The notes under the pieces are model-generated. The model saw only the letters and a list, made by a program, of their open reading frames with translations, was not told where the DNA came from and ran no database searches. DNA of 64,000 nucleotides, taken from Epiperipatus broadwayi. Its lineage: Eukaryota; Animalia; Onychophora. Positions within the stretch are counted from its first letter, which is position 1. Every line of letters starts with the position of its first letter. Made by a program: the position numbers and the translations under genes. Where the stretch lies: the NCBI GenBank assembly GCA_028023455.1, contig JAQFVV010000005.1, positions 21,762,001 through 21,826,000 of the forward strand, given 5' to 3'. Of this stretch, positions 1 to 11,159 are shown one piece after another.

Positions 1-412
1 TTTCCCTCAGTAGCGACTTGACAATGATCATCATAATATGGGATAAGGTAAGAAGATCATTAAGATAATTTCATATTAAGTGCATACACTTATTGCAGGA
101 CAGATTCTATGTTATTGTTTGTTGTTAACTAATATGGATGTTTCTTTTTTGGTATAAATGAGTAATCTTTTTGTGCAGATGCTCTTTTCTGTCAACAGTA
201 GAGAATTATACACATATATAGGGAGGTCCCCAAGAAGATCAAATACCGTTAATCGGAATTGGACAATAATGCTACTGCAAATGTACCAGCGTATCTTAAA
301 TTAGCTAGTTAGCTTCATGGTTGTTTTAATAATAATTTTTATTTGGGGGGGGGGGGGGCTTTGTAAATAATTTGTGCCATGACATACATTTCTGCCATTG
401 GGTCAAGGTTTA

Positions 413-551
413 GAATCGTAAATATATTCAATTATTGATATGGTAGAAATCCATCCTTGATGCACATAATTATACTGTTTTGGAATCATAAATATATTCA
501 ATTATTGATATGGCAGAAATCCATCCTTGACACACATAATTATACTGTTTT
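413..551. repeat. Local tandem duplication, 2 x ~70 bp
   Basis: GAATC(G/A)TAAATATATTCAATTATTGATATGG...TATACTGTTTT occurs at 413 and 483 with few substitutions. Confidence 0.9.
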
Positions 552-686
552 ATCTTGTTAAAGTTTTAATATTTTTTTTTTACTTTGTTTTGTTATCTAA
601 TAAATGTTGTAGAATTTATTCATATCAAACTGGTCTCTAGTTTATTAAAATCGTCTTGCATTCATTAATCAACTGCTAATCTATGA

Positions 687-783
687 TATGCAGACACACA
701 CACACCTCACTTATATAATAATAATGAAATATAATTATGCAGACACACACACCTCACTTATATAATAATAATGAAATATAATT
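687..783. repeat. Local tandem duplication, 2 x ~48 bp
   Basis: TATGCAGA(CA)nCCTCACTTATATAATAATAATGAAATATAAT at 687 and 736; the copies differ by one CA. Confidence 0.9.
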
Positions 784-1599
784 GGGCAAATATTTAATCA
801 ATTGTAACCTATACAGAGGTGCAGCAGTTGTTAACTTGTATAAATTTATCCCTGAAGAGAGTAAAAGGTAAAATCCTCCGAGTTTGAATACTGAGGCCTA
901 ATGGAGCCAGAAAGGGGGTGAGATATGGGTGAACTAGCCCAAATTGTATCTAGATTTAATGAGTAAATACAGAGATAACCCAATGGAGGTAGATATGATC
1001 ATAGGTTATGTATTTCATCGCACCATTGACAGCATCTACCCTAGATCAGATGGTAGTGAGACATGCTCTCCCTCTCTCATGGAAATGCCCAGCCCATTAC
1101 TACTGGCATCAAACATTAGGGACACGAAACAGAAGTTACTAGGAAGATCAAGCCATTGGAACTGGTAATTTTTTTAAAAAAAGTTTTGTTTTTTTTGTCA
1201 AATTTCCATAGTATGAAACCATAATGAATTTACACTATAACAAACAATTAGTACAACCAACTACAAAAGAGTGAATCTCATAAATCTAAATCACTCCCAA
1301 ATAAATATATCAAAAGAAAATCACATATGAAGCATTGAATGCAAGTTAAATGAAGAAAATGAAATAATAAACTGAGACCAACAATAAATAAATAATTAAT
1401 GAATAAACAAAATTAAAATAGATGAGTTAGGTAAGGGTAAGGGGTTCATGACCAAGATTAGTAACCCTTCACAGGTACACGTCATAAACCGAGCGACACC
1501 TCAAACTCAGAAGCACTCAACAATGAGATGGCTCAAGTATCTGAAACTGGAATAGCACAGGTTGTGGAAGATAAGATGACAATGGTACGAATGCTCTAA

Positions 1600-2800
1600 A
1601 TGATCATGGAAATGAACCAGAAATTGGAAGCAAAATTGGACAGCAACCTGGGCAGCCTGAGAGATGACATGAATAGAATGTACAATAAGACAAGCAGTAT
1701 AAAAGCAAAGATGCACAGCATAAAGGAAAAAGTAAAAAAAAACATGAATAATATAAAGACAGATCTGAAAATGGAAATGAAAGAAGAAACTAGATGGTCA
1801 GCAGATATGGAACAACTGTCCATAAATCTAAATAATGTCCAGAGGGATAATACTGAACTGAAGCAAGCAGTAGGGGAAATGAGAAGAGAAATAGATGAGA
1901 AGAATGTGCGATGCCAACAATGACAGAGTTCAAATGTAGCATCGTTAGTCAATTGGACCTTAAGTGCGAAGAGATATATCAAAACCATGATACTTTTAGG
2001 GATGAAGTGCACACGGACCAAGAGAAGCACCAAGCTGAGGTCCAGAGTGAATTCCAGGACATCCACATGCAATAGGCAAGACCTTAGAGACCATGGGCCA
2101 CAATTTAAAGTATCTGAAGGGCAGGATGGCCTCAACTGATATGGAAACAATCTTGGACAAGGCAACTAAAGACAAAGTGATAGAAAACCCAAATGAAACA
2201 TTGTGATCAAATCGGCCATATGGAGGAAGCCATCAGCCAAAGATTTATACTTATCAAATCCCAGCTATGCCAAAAAACACCAGCCATTGGGATGGGGCAG
2301 ACTGAGATGGGCCAAAGGACTCATAATAATGAGGAAATGGAATGACACAGGGAACAACCTAGATTGCTATTAAGGATCTTAATAGGATGAGTGACCCTGT
2401 TTGGAATCCACTCTCCTACATCAGACGATGCCCGGAAAAGAAGTGAAATAATTAGAATCATTAAGAGTAATTTACCCCTTAGGATTGAACAGTCACTTTT
2501 GTGTACAAATGCTAAAAGCATTGAACAAGTGAGTGAGTTATTAAACAGCATTGACTTGAACAACAATATGTTCACTAGAGCTTCTGAAAAAAGGAAGGAA
2601 GCAACTGTTAATGCCATATTTTACAAAAGAACAATAATGACCCTAGCCATTGGAAGGGGAAATCACTACGGTGAAAATCCCCATACATATGGTCACTAAA
2701 CAAAAACCAAACCAACAATGATAAAACCAGAACAAATCCTCCCCATAGTCCAGGAAAATCCCCAAACCAGGGTGCAGCAACCACACATACAAAGTCCAAC
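1600..2800 (+). mobile_element. Decayed Ty3/gypsy-like gag region
   Basis: Coiled-coil-like ORF 1600-1923, then ORF 2391-2699 with a gag-like stretch (LPLRIEQSLL..AKSIEQVSELLNSID). Stops and frameshifts lie between them. Collinear gypsy pol fragments lie downstream at 6160-7305. Confidence 0.55.
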
Positions 2801-3233
2801 TGAAATCAAACTAGAATTATATTTAAGGCCATGTTCCTGACCTCAAGAAACCAAAAGAACAATGAGGAATATAAACCAAAGTGTGAATGAAGAAATCACT
2901 AATCTAGTGTGTTCATGGTAAGACAAAGCAACTATTTTCGCTTTACAAAGCTGCCCCATGATAGAGATTGTGGGTCATACATCATCTAATCACTCACACC
3001 ACTCGATGGCGTTGTTGCTAGTGAAAAACAAATAGATATAATGTTACAGGGCTGTTTTATTTTGTTGATTTATGTTTTTAATTTTTGGATGTTTTTTTTT
3101 TGTTTTATTTTTTTAACCGGTTTTATGTACACCCAGGTCTCGTTTTATGCGGATTTATTTAATGCAATTTTGAAGTTATGCGATTCATGATTCTTCTTAA
3201 TATCTTAGTATGCGGTTTTCTTTTATGCGATAA

Positions 3234-3397
3234 AAATTATTAGATCAGAAGTCGAGCTCCGATAATGTGCAATTACTTTAAATATTATAAATTTCGCGCA
3301 CTCACATCATATTTAAAGTAATAGCGCATTATCGGAGTTCGACTTCCATCTAATAATTTCAATATTTTCAGCGCTTTATAATAGTACTGTAATAGAT
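3234..3397 (+). mobile_element. Family D foldback insertion (short copy)
   Basis: ~55-bp inverted arms (3234-3290 / 3318-3360) plus a tail on the right arm; homologous to 48526-48975. Possible decayed TSD TTTATGCGATAA / TTAATGTAATAA. Confidence 0.7.
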
Positions 3398-3467
3398 TTA
3401 ATGTAATAAAGAAGTTCATAATTCACATAAAATCAAAATTTCCCCATTTTATATACACACATTAATT

Positions 3468-3762
3468 TTTACAAGATTATAATGTAAATCTGTTCAAACA
3501 TTATAGATGAAAAATACTGTTTGTTGTTGTTTTTGCATTTTAAATCACGTTCTATTTTTGCTTTTTATAAAAAGAGTACGTAATTAATTAATCATTTAGT
3601 GTCCGCAAGTAATAAATTTTACAAGATTATAATGTAAATCTGTTCAAACATTATAGATGCCTATACAATGTATGTTGTTGTTTTTGCATTTTAAATCACG
3701 TTCAATTTTTGCTTTTTATAAAATGAGCACATAATCAATTAATCATTTAGTGTCCGCAAGTT
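3468..3762. repeat. Tandem duplication, 2 x ~149 bp
   Basis: TTTTACAAGATTATAATGTAAATCTGTTCAAAC...GTGTCCGCAAGT occurs twice in tandem. Confidence 0.9.
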
Positions 3763-3782
3763 TATTTTTAAAAGGTGAGTAA

Positions 3783-3977
3783 CAGCGGTGGGCACAATTA
3801 AATATGACAATTAAAATCTGATTTTTAATTGTAATTAACAATTTAAAAATTACGTAACGAGATGATGTGAAATGATGAAATTTGATTTTTAAACGGAATT
3901 GAAAATTAAAAAATTAAAGACAAAAATAAGAATTTAATTTTTAATTGTTAGTTTTAATTAAATTTTGCCCAACAATG
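3783..3977. mobile_element. hAT-type MITE
   Basis: TIRs CAGCGGTGGGCACAATTAA / TTAAATTTTGCCCAACAATG; 8-bp TSD GTGAGTAA / GTGAGTCG. Confidence 0.7.
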
Positions 3978-4877
3978 GTGAGTCGGTGTCTTTTTATTAT
4001 TGTAAGTCTAAGTTCTCATTTTTATTTTAAACTTTTAGTTTACTCTAACAGAGAGTAAAAAAAAGCACCCAAGAAAATGAATTTCTTTGGAAACAAAAAT
4101 TTCAATTTTAGATCGCTTAGCAAAATGGGAAGGATCAACAGCGATTGGAAAATGTTTTAGTTGTATTTCCTCTTGACTTCGTTTAAGGAGAAGCTACAGT
4201 ACCTCACATCACATCACAATGAATCTGATGTCTCAAATAGCGATAATAATTAAAATACCGTACATGTATGAAAAAAATGTAACGCATAAAAATATATTGC
4301 TTTGAATAAAATTAAATACTGTAATTAATAAAAAAAGTAAAAAAAAGTTTGTCTTGTATCAATTTTTTTCAAATTTGAAATTTTTTATTACTCATATTTT
4401 ATTTTCTTATTTTTTTTTTATGCGACTTTTACGTTGTTGGTTCGCTTTTATGCGATTTTTGGAAAATTACAGTACGTATCCCCCTTTTTCAAGATAAGTT
4501 AAGTCTATTTTTGTGCGATTCCTTTTGTGCGCATTTTCTGAGGAACCTATGTACCGCATAAAATGTGACTCAGGTGTATATTTCTTAAAAATAAACATTC
4601 AGTCTTTTTTTAAAAAAAAACAAACAAATATTTCTTTTTCCCGGTCTTTTTTTTTTCCAGTCTTTTTTCTTGTTTTTGAAGAAACTTTTTTTTTTGTCAT
4701 TTACCGTGTTTTTATTCATAAACAAATACACAGAAATTGCTTTTTTACTTTTTTTTTGTTCAAATTTTATATTTACATTATTTGGCTTTCAACTTAAACA
4801 ACCAAAAAAGAAAATATAAAAACGGTTGCAAACAAACAACAACAAAAACTTTCGATTTCATAGAGACACAAACAATA

Positions 4878-5699
4878 TCATTTCACTGCTGTAAATTCAT
4901 CTTCTAAGATGGCACAGAACACGTCTTGATTCCTTTTCAGATGTCTCCACAGAAATACTGCTATGTAGTTGTCAAGATCTTCTGTTTGTGTGCCTCATGT
5001 TCGTTTGTTTCGCCATTTGAGAGAACCCCAAAGACGTTCAATGGTCTGGGTATGCACACCAGTATCAGTGTGGCATATTGCCAAAATTGTGTTTGTGATT
5101 GACTCTCATGTGGTGAAATCCGGAAGCCTCCAATTCAGAAGTTCTGAATCCTTTCCAGCAATCAGAATAGATGCTGGAACCAGGCCTGATGTTCTCACGG
5201 ATGGACTGCATAAGGATCGGGAGGTTTTAGCTACCACAAAATACAATCACCTGTCTCATGACAGCCGCTGCCCTGGTGATTTTTTCCATCGACTCAACAT
5301 GGTTTTGTCGACTAAACCCCCCATTTGGCGGCGTGGATGAGAAACAAGGCTTTCTCAACAGAGTTCTCTAAGACCCATCGTCATATTCCTTAAGGTATTT
5401 TGACACATTTCCAACTCAGCTCCAATACACTTCACTGTAAGCCCATTCCGGCTCCAATAATAAATTAGCCGTTCAGCAGCCCTCAAAGCACGTTCCATGA
5501 CCGAATGGAACACCGGTGACACTTTGAAGCAATTGACATTCCATTTCAGATGTTTGACAATGCCTTAATTTCATTAAACCACCAAAAGACAGTTTTTCTG
5601 GGTGGGTAAAAGATTTTTTTTGGTTGAAGGAAGAGCTACCGCATCTGCTTCTGTAGCAGATAAATCTCAAAACTTCAACGCTGAACGGACGTCTGACAT
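4878..5699 (-). pseudogene. Merlin (IS1595/ISXO2-like) DDE transposase pseudogene
   Basis: Minus-strand translation gives IRENIRPGSSIYSDCWKGF..LEASGFHHMRVNHKHNF, DTGVHTQTIERLWGSLKWRNK and DLDNYIAVFLWR, typical of Merlin/IS1595 transposases. Several frameshifts and stops. Confidence 0.9.
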
Positions 5700-6159
5700 T
5701 TCAACTGTTTTGATCTCAAAAAAAGTATTGGAAAGTGTGTGACATATTGCCGAATCGTGACTTACACTCTTCATTTAGTGAATTGTGACCCCTGAGAATG
5801 AAAGTAGGTGTGTTTGAGAATTCGTTACAATTTTTACTAACTCACATAAATTACAATACATTTAACAAAAAAAAAAAAAGTTCTAATATACTTTTTGTCA
5901 TTACAACTACAGAAACCTTCATATCATACACTGTACAATAGTCAAGAGTAATGTCTAGAGAGAGTGTCGCAATTCGTCCCTAATAATGTTCACATGCTAG
6001 CGATGTTGGGGAAGAGTGCACTTCAACAACATCTTAGTGTTTGGAACAGTTTACAGGCCGTAAGACCTATGAGTGGCCTTGTAAACAGCACATTTCTGTG
6101 CTTTAGTATAGAAACAGCACCATCGAGCAGTGTGGATAATCAGACGATGTATTACCAGA

Positions 6160-7305
6160 TTTTGTTTGAGAGTTTGCTAGTTAAAGCAGTGTTAGACTAG
6201 ACTGGTAACCAGATATCAGTGGTGTCAAATCACAAAATTCAGACTAATAACCCCAACATCAAAACCTTGCCACTAAAATCGATTCAAGTTACTATGGCTA
6301 ACAATAGGAAAGCTAAGCTAGCACAAAAACAGATATGGGTTCTATTGAAAATAGGCCACACAATACTCTATCACGTGTTTCTCATCCTTCACATGAACGA
6401 TTGTACTATTGATTTCTCTGGTAAGACAGTCAGGGTAAACAATGAGATCTTGTAGATAACATTGCTTCTGAGATGTGACGTTGACTGCATAATAATATCT
6501 ACCATACCAGAAGCACTCATGGAACACAAAATCGCAGAAACCAATCTACTTGAAAGCGATGATGCATCAAAATTGTGATCAGTTATCTATGAATTTAGTC
6601 CGATTTTCTCCGAGATACTAGGAGTAAGAGGGTTTCCAATAAAGTAGGGGTGGGCAATTGTTTTGGCTCGGGGGACACAGAGGTTGGCAGAGAGCCGCAT
6701 CGGGGGCCACTTTGTGAAAGTGAAGGTTAGCGGAGGGCCACACCTTTTTTCATGACCCAATAAACACACTGCTTTATTCCCTGTATTTACCAAAGAACTA
6801 TTTGTTTGTCCATTCTTCATTAAACACACGACATTCATCACTGATTTTACATTTTTTTGGAGGGTTAATGGTTTCATTAAAGTTGGAAATGTATATATTT
6901 GCTAATGCAAAGACAAAATTAAAATTAACCAGATCAACTGGAAAAGCCTGCACATAGTATCTACACTGCACATGTGTATTGACGTGACCATCCTAGTGGA
7001 AAATACAAGGCGAATTTTCGGTCGCGCATAGGAAGGAAATCTCAGTTCAAGGTGGATTTTTCTGATTGTCTTGGTGGGCCGCAAAAAAACTCTTAGTGAG
7101 CCGCATGTGGCCCTTGGGCCGCTATTTGCCCACCCCTGCAATAGAGAATAAAACTGATCTGTGACCAACCCTTCCAATCCAAATCGTACCCTATTCCGTA
7201 TCAATATCGAGAAGAGACAACCAAGCAGATTAACACAATGCTGGATCGAGGGATTATTTCCAAATGTTGTTACACCCTACTGTAATCTAGCTGTAACTGT
7301 AAAGT
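6160..7305 (+). mobile_element. Ty3/gypsy pol fragment (aspartic protease to start of RT), split by a hAT MITE
   Basis: VKAVLD-TG-NQISVVS protease motif (disrupted by a TAGAC duplication), then IFSEILG, and after the MITE KLICDQPFQSKSYPIPYQYREETTKQINTMLDRGII, typical of the gypsy RT N-terminus. Confidence 0.8.
6645..7138. mobile_element. hAT (Charlie-like) MITE
   Basis: TIRs TAGGGGTGGGCAA / TTGCCCACCCCTG, subterminal GGGCCGCA motifs, 8-bp TSD CAATAAAG / CAATAGAG. Confidence 0.9.
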
Positions 7306-7334
7306 TATATACCAAATACCTAAATACTGCAAAG

Positions 7335-8660
7335 TTATATAATAAATACCTAAATGATAAAGATGGACCAGATGATTGGAAGAATGCAGTATTAATATTA
7401 ATATTTAAAAAAGGTGATATAAGAAGGTATTAGAAATTACAGACCTATCAGCCTTCTATCAGTTTTATACAAAAATTTTACAAAGATAATTGCAACTCGT
7501 TTAGAACAAGCTGGTTTTAAAAGTGGTTTTAGTACAGTAGATCATATCCAGGTATTGAAAGAAGTTATAGAAAGGGCAAATGAATATGAGTTGCCATTAT
7601 GCTTTGGATTTGTAGATTATGAAAAGGCATTTGATTCTATAAATATTTCTTCAGTGATTAAAGCATTGGATCATCAAGGTATAGATCCAGGATATTGTCA
7701 TATTTTAAAGAATATTTATAAAAATGCAACAGCAACAATTAGATTACATAATGATACTAGGAAAATCAACATTGAGAAAGGTGTAAGACGGTGACTCCAT
7801 ATCTACGTTTTTACAGCAGTGCTGCAATAAGTATTTTGTGGATTAAAATGGGAAGCTAAAGGAGTGAAAGTAAATGGAGATTATTTAAGTCATTTAGATT
7901 TTGCAGATGATGTAGTTGTTTTTGAAAATAATGCTTTACAGTTGCAGGAAATGTTGCAAGGGTTATCAGATGAAAGTAGGAAAGTAGAACTAAAGATCAA
8001 TGTTAAAAAGACTAAAGTAATGTTTAATGGATTTTCTCAAAATATAAAAATAAAGATTGATTATGATGAGTTAAAAGAAGTTAACAGTTACAAATACCTT
8101 AGCAGATTATTAATACAGATGGAAACATAATGGATGAAATTAATCATAGAATTAAACTTGGTTGGAGTGCTTTTGGTAGAAATAACTTGATACTAAAAGA
8201 AAATATGCCTACGTGTTTGAAAAGGAAGGTTTTTAATAAATGTGTTTTATCCGTTCTTACTTATGGATCTGAGACTTGGACATTTAATAGAAGAGCAATA
8301 CAGACTTCAGACCACTCAAAGAAGTATGGAGAGATGCATGTTGGGAATAACAAGAGATCGAAAATGCAATATATAGGTAAGAGAACAAACAGGTGTTATT
8401 GACCTCAATGAAAAAATTTAAAAGACTGAAGTGGATTTGGGCTAAGCATATTTCTAGAAGAGATAATAATAGATGGACAATTGAAATCTTAAACTGGATT
8501 CCAAGAGATTGTAAAAGACCCAGAAAGAGACCACGTGTGAGATGGATAGATGGAATAAGAAAATGTGCAGGGGTGATGTGGAGAAGAGATACTAGAGATC
8601 GGAGAAGATGAATTGAACTTGGAGAGACCTTCATCCTGCAGTGGATTGATGATGATGATA
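7335..8660 (+). mobile_element. 5'-truncated RTE-clade LINE (RT and 3' end)
   Basis: Fragments PDDWKNAVLILIFKKGD, YRPISLLSVLYKIF, FVDYEKAFDS, LDFADDVV, WAKHISRR..RW..EILNWIPRD.KRPRKRP.VRW; (GAT)n tail at ~8647-8660. Confidence 0.92.
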
Positions 8661-9010
8661 TCATTACTTCCCAAAATCTTAAAGGTCTTTTATTTAGGAA
8701 CAAAACTTCCTTCCCTTCGCAGATTTTTATCTAAAAAAATCATGAGCAAGAATGAGGAGCTATTGAACTATTTGAATTAAAGCTTCTACGTCTGGTCTAA
8801 TTTGAGCTCAAGCCATAAGTATTATAAATAAAAAAAATTTATTTCAACAATACTGGTAATATACACAGTAAATTGTTTAAGTCTGTAACAATAATATAAA
8901 AACAGGCAAAACTCACTATATATATTGCCACACACAGCAAGCTAGAGTAATCAATGGATGCCAGAAAGCTTGTGCATAAAATCTCATCTAGTGCCTACTC
9001 ATCCAATATT

Positions 9011-9049
9011 CTCAGACTAGTTTCTGGCTTATGGCCTTCGTCAGTGAGG
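9011..9049 (-). ncRNA. Type I hammerhead ribozyme (family A)
   Basis: Minus strand CCTCA-CTGACGA-AGGC-CATAA-GCCA-GAAAC-TA-GTC-TGAGA; one mismatch in stem I, A.A at the base of stem II. Confidence 0.8.
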
Positions 9050-9148
9050 AGCCTCGGATCTGAGAGCACTGCATCTAGATCTTAGGAGCACTGCATCTAG
9101 ATCTTAGGATCCCTAAGATCTAGATGCAGTGCTCTCAGATCCAAGGCT

Positions 9149-9188
9149 CCTCACTGACGAAGGCCATAAGCCAGAAACTAGTCTGAGG
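9149..9188 (+). ncRNA. Type I hammerhead ribozyme (family A)
   Basis: CCTCA-CTGACGA-AGGC-CATAA-GCCA-GAAAC-TA-GTC-TGAGG; predicted cleavage after C9183. Stem I extends through a GGC/TA internal loop into ATCCAA/TTGGAT. Confidence 0.88.
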
Positions 9189-9639
9189 ATATTGGATGAG
9201 TAGGCACTAGATAAGAATTTTATGCACAAGCCTTCTGGCATCCATTGATTACTCTAGCTTGCTGTGTGTGGCAATATATATAGTGAGTTTTGCCTGTTTT
9301 AACAACAGTTATACACAAGCATAAGAGGAGGTGGTCATGTGATGTTTATTGGCTTAAAAACAATAATATAATGAATAATGCAATTTTTCTTTTACATAAA
9401 TATTTTTTGTTTCCTTCTATTATATATATATAAAAAAAGGCAAAATTAAAAAATAAAGTATACGGTAAGATTTGCAAAAATCACAAGACATTACCATATT
9501 TTTTTACTTCGCCATAGTTATGTCAACTGCTGTAAACTTTATTATGACCAATGAAAGAAAAAAATACATTATTAAAGTAGCAAAGTAATAGCTGGAGTTG
9601 TATGATAGAATTCTGTTGTTTTATTAATCGTTATATTTC

Positions 9640-9900
9640 CATTCTATTGCAGTACTCCAGAGATATCTATTGTAAGCTTGAATTATAAAGAAAATTAGAT
9701 GGTAATGCTACTCAAATCCTCAGACTAGTTTCTGATTATTAATAGTCTACAATGAAGAGGACTGATTTTTCACATACTCTCCCAATATGCATTCCAAGTT
9801 AATAATTTAAATTTTAAACAGCCCAGGCCTTTGAACTCAGTGCTACTTGCTTACAAAGCTAAATCACATTTTGGTGGCTGCAGTTATATGCAACATATGC
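9640..9900 (-). repeat. Old diverged relative of family A with a decayed hammerhead (9718-9760)
   Basis: Minus strand keeps GAAACTAGTCTGAGG, but the CUGANGA box reads TTGTAGA. Confidence 0.5.
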
Positions 9901-11109
9901 ATTAGAAGCGGTAATCCACTCTGTTATTCTACTGAAAGACATTAAACTTTTAAAATGCCTAATTTAAAAAATTCTACTAGCAGGATTTTAAATTACTTTA
10001 AATAAAATTTTCTCATTTAAATATTTCAAATCCATTATAATTTCTTAACATAAAAATATATTTTAGAAAAATTTTGAATATAAAAAGATAAAGATTTCTT
10101 TTTAAAAAATATTTATAATAAGCAATTAATAATAGTAAAAAAAAAAAAAAAAACCAATTTCAAATGGCATTTAATTAATCTTGGTTATTAATGTTAAAAA
10201 TTAATGAATATACAATACTTTAATACACAAATTTACTAAAACTCGACCTTTATAAGCTAGTTTAAACCCTATAATTCTGTGTTACTCAAATAGAATGGAA
10301 TCTGTATGTTTTATTGTCTTTATTCTTAGATTCGAAACTTAGGAACTAACAGAATTCAGGGTTTCTTGAATTAACTAATATTTTTTAATATATATCTTCT
10401 CTAATAATGCTAATTCAATATCTGAGTTATTTTCTAATATTTAAAAAAAGAAAAAATATTGAAATTTCAATTGCATGTAGGTAAAATGGTTTACGCTATA
10501 AAGTGCTTATGGCTAATTCACTAACGAAGTCTAAATCATGATCCTATTATCGAATTACCCAATTTGCCTTTGGAAAAAGAATAAATATATTCTTCAACAA
10601 CATACTGATGATAAAAAAAATATCAAGTATTCATATATATAATAGTTATTAACTTCATCAAAATATTGCATTACATATATTTAAAAGTAAAACACGCTTA
10701 CATATATAAAAAAAAAATGCATTAAAGTTAAATTTGTCATAAACCCGTTAGAACTTTATTAAAGAACTTAACAATAATCTACGTTAAAATACTTTTTAAT
10801 AATGCCCTGTATATAACAATTGTTAATATATCATTTAAAAATAAACAAAATACTAAGCTAATATTATTACTTCATCATTTTTAACACTATTACGAAATAG
10901 CGAGAATTTCGCATCCTTTCGCTTACATATATATAATTGTTTATATGCATATATTAATTTAGATCTTTAGGAAGATATACATGCATATAAATGGAGAAAT
11001 TGATGTTTTCCATTTAATATGCATAAATGGAGGAGGCGTTGTCCCCAGACAATGGATTGTTTTAGGACTCCCGTACGTAATTATCGTTTTTTTAAGAAAA
11101 AATACTCAC

Positions 11110-11158
11110 CAGATATTACAAGAGCTTCATTGGGTCCCACAGTGAATATGTTGCCCAT
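11110..11158 (-). CDS. FLOT2: Flotillin-2, first coding exon (49 nt); later exons not seen, presumably left of the window
   Basis: Translates MGNIFTVGPNEALVISG, matching the conserved flotillin-2 N-terminus (MGN.HT.GPNEAL..SG), followed by donor G|GTGAGT at 11109. Confidence 0.88.
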
Positions 11159-11159
11159 A

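Larger units (their letters stand above)
3130..4576. mobile_element. Non-autonomous TIR element, pogo/Tigger-like (Tc1-mariner superfamily), with nested insertions
   Basis: Imperfect TIRs CACCCAGGTCTCGTTTTATGCGG / CCGCATAAAATGTGACTCAGGTG, TA on both sides (3128-3129, 4577-4578), repeated subterminal TTATGCG motifs. Confidence 0.7.
8899..9358 (+). mobile_element. Family A hammerhead retrozyme-like insertion, near-perfect palindrome
   Basis: ~190-bp inverted arms (about 5 differences, plus a 22-nt tandem duplication at 9064-9107), centre 9109-9111, 58-nt tail 9301-9358, TSD AACAATAATATA(A) at 8887 and 9359. Confidence 0.9.

Noticed and set aside
11-305. Plus-strand exon pair (11-47, 180-305)
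   Set aside because: Splice signals are present but the peptide is unrecognisable, and it lies antisense in the inferred flotillin-2 intron.
1596-2165. 189-aa minus-strand ORF as a gene
   Set aside because: Antisense to the purine-rich gag-like ORF; the composition is an artefact of that.
4969-5340. 123-aa plus-strand ORF as a gene
   Set aside because: It is the antisense shadow of the Merlin transposase.
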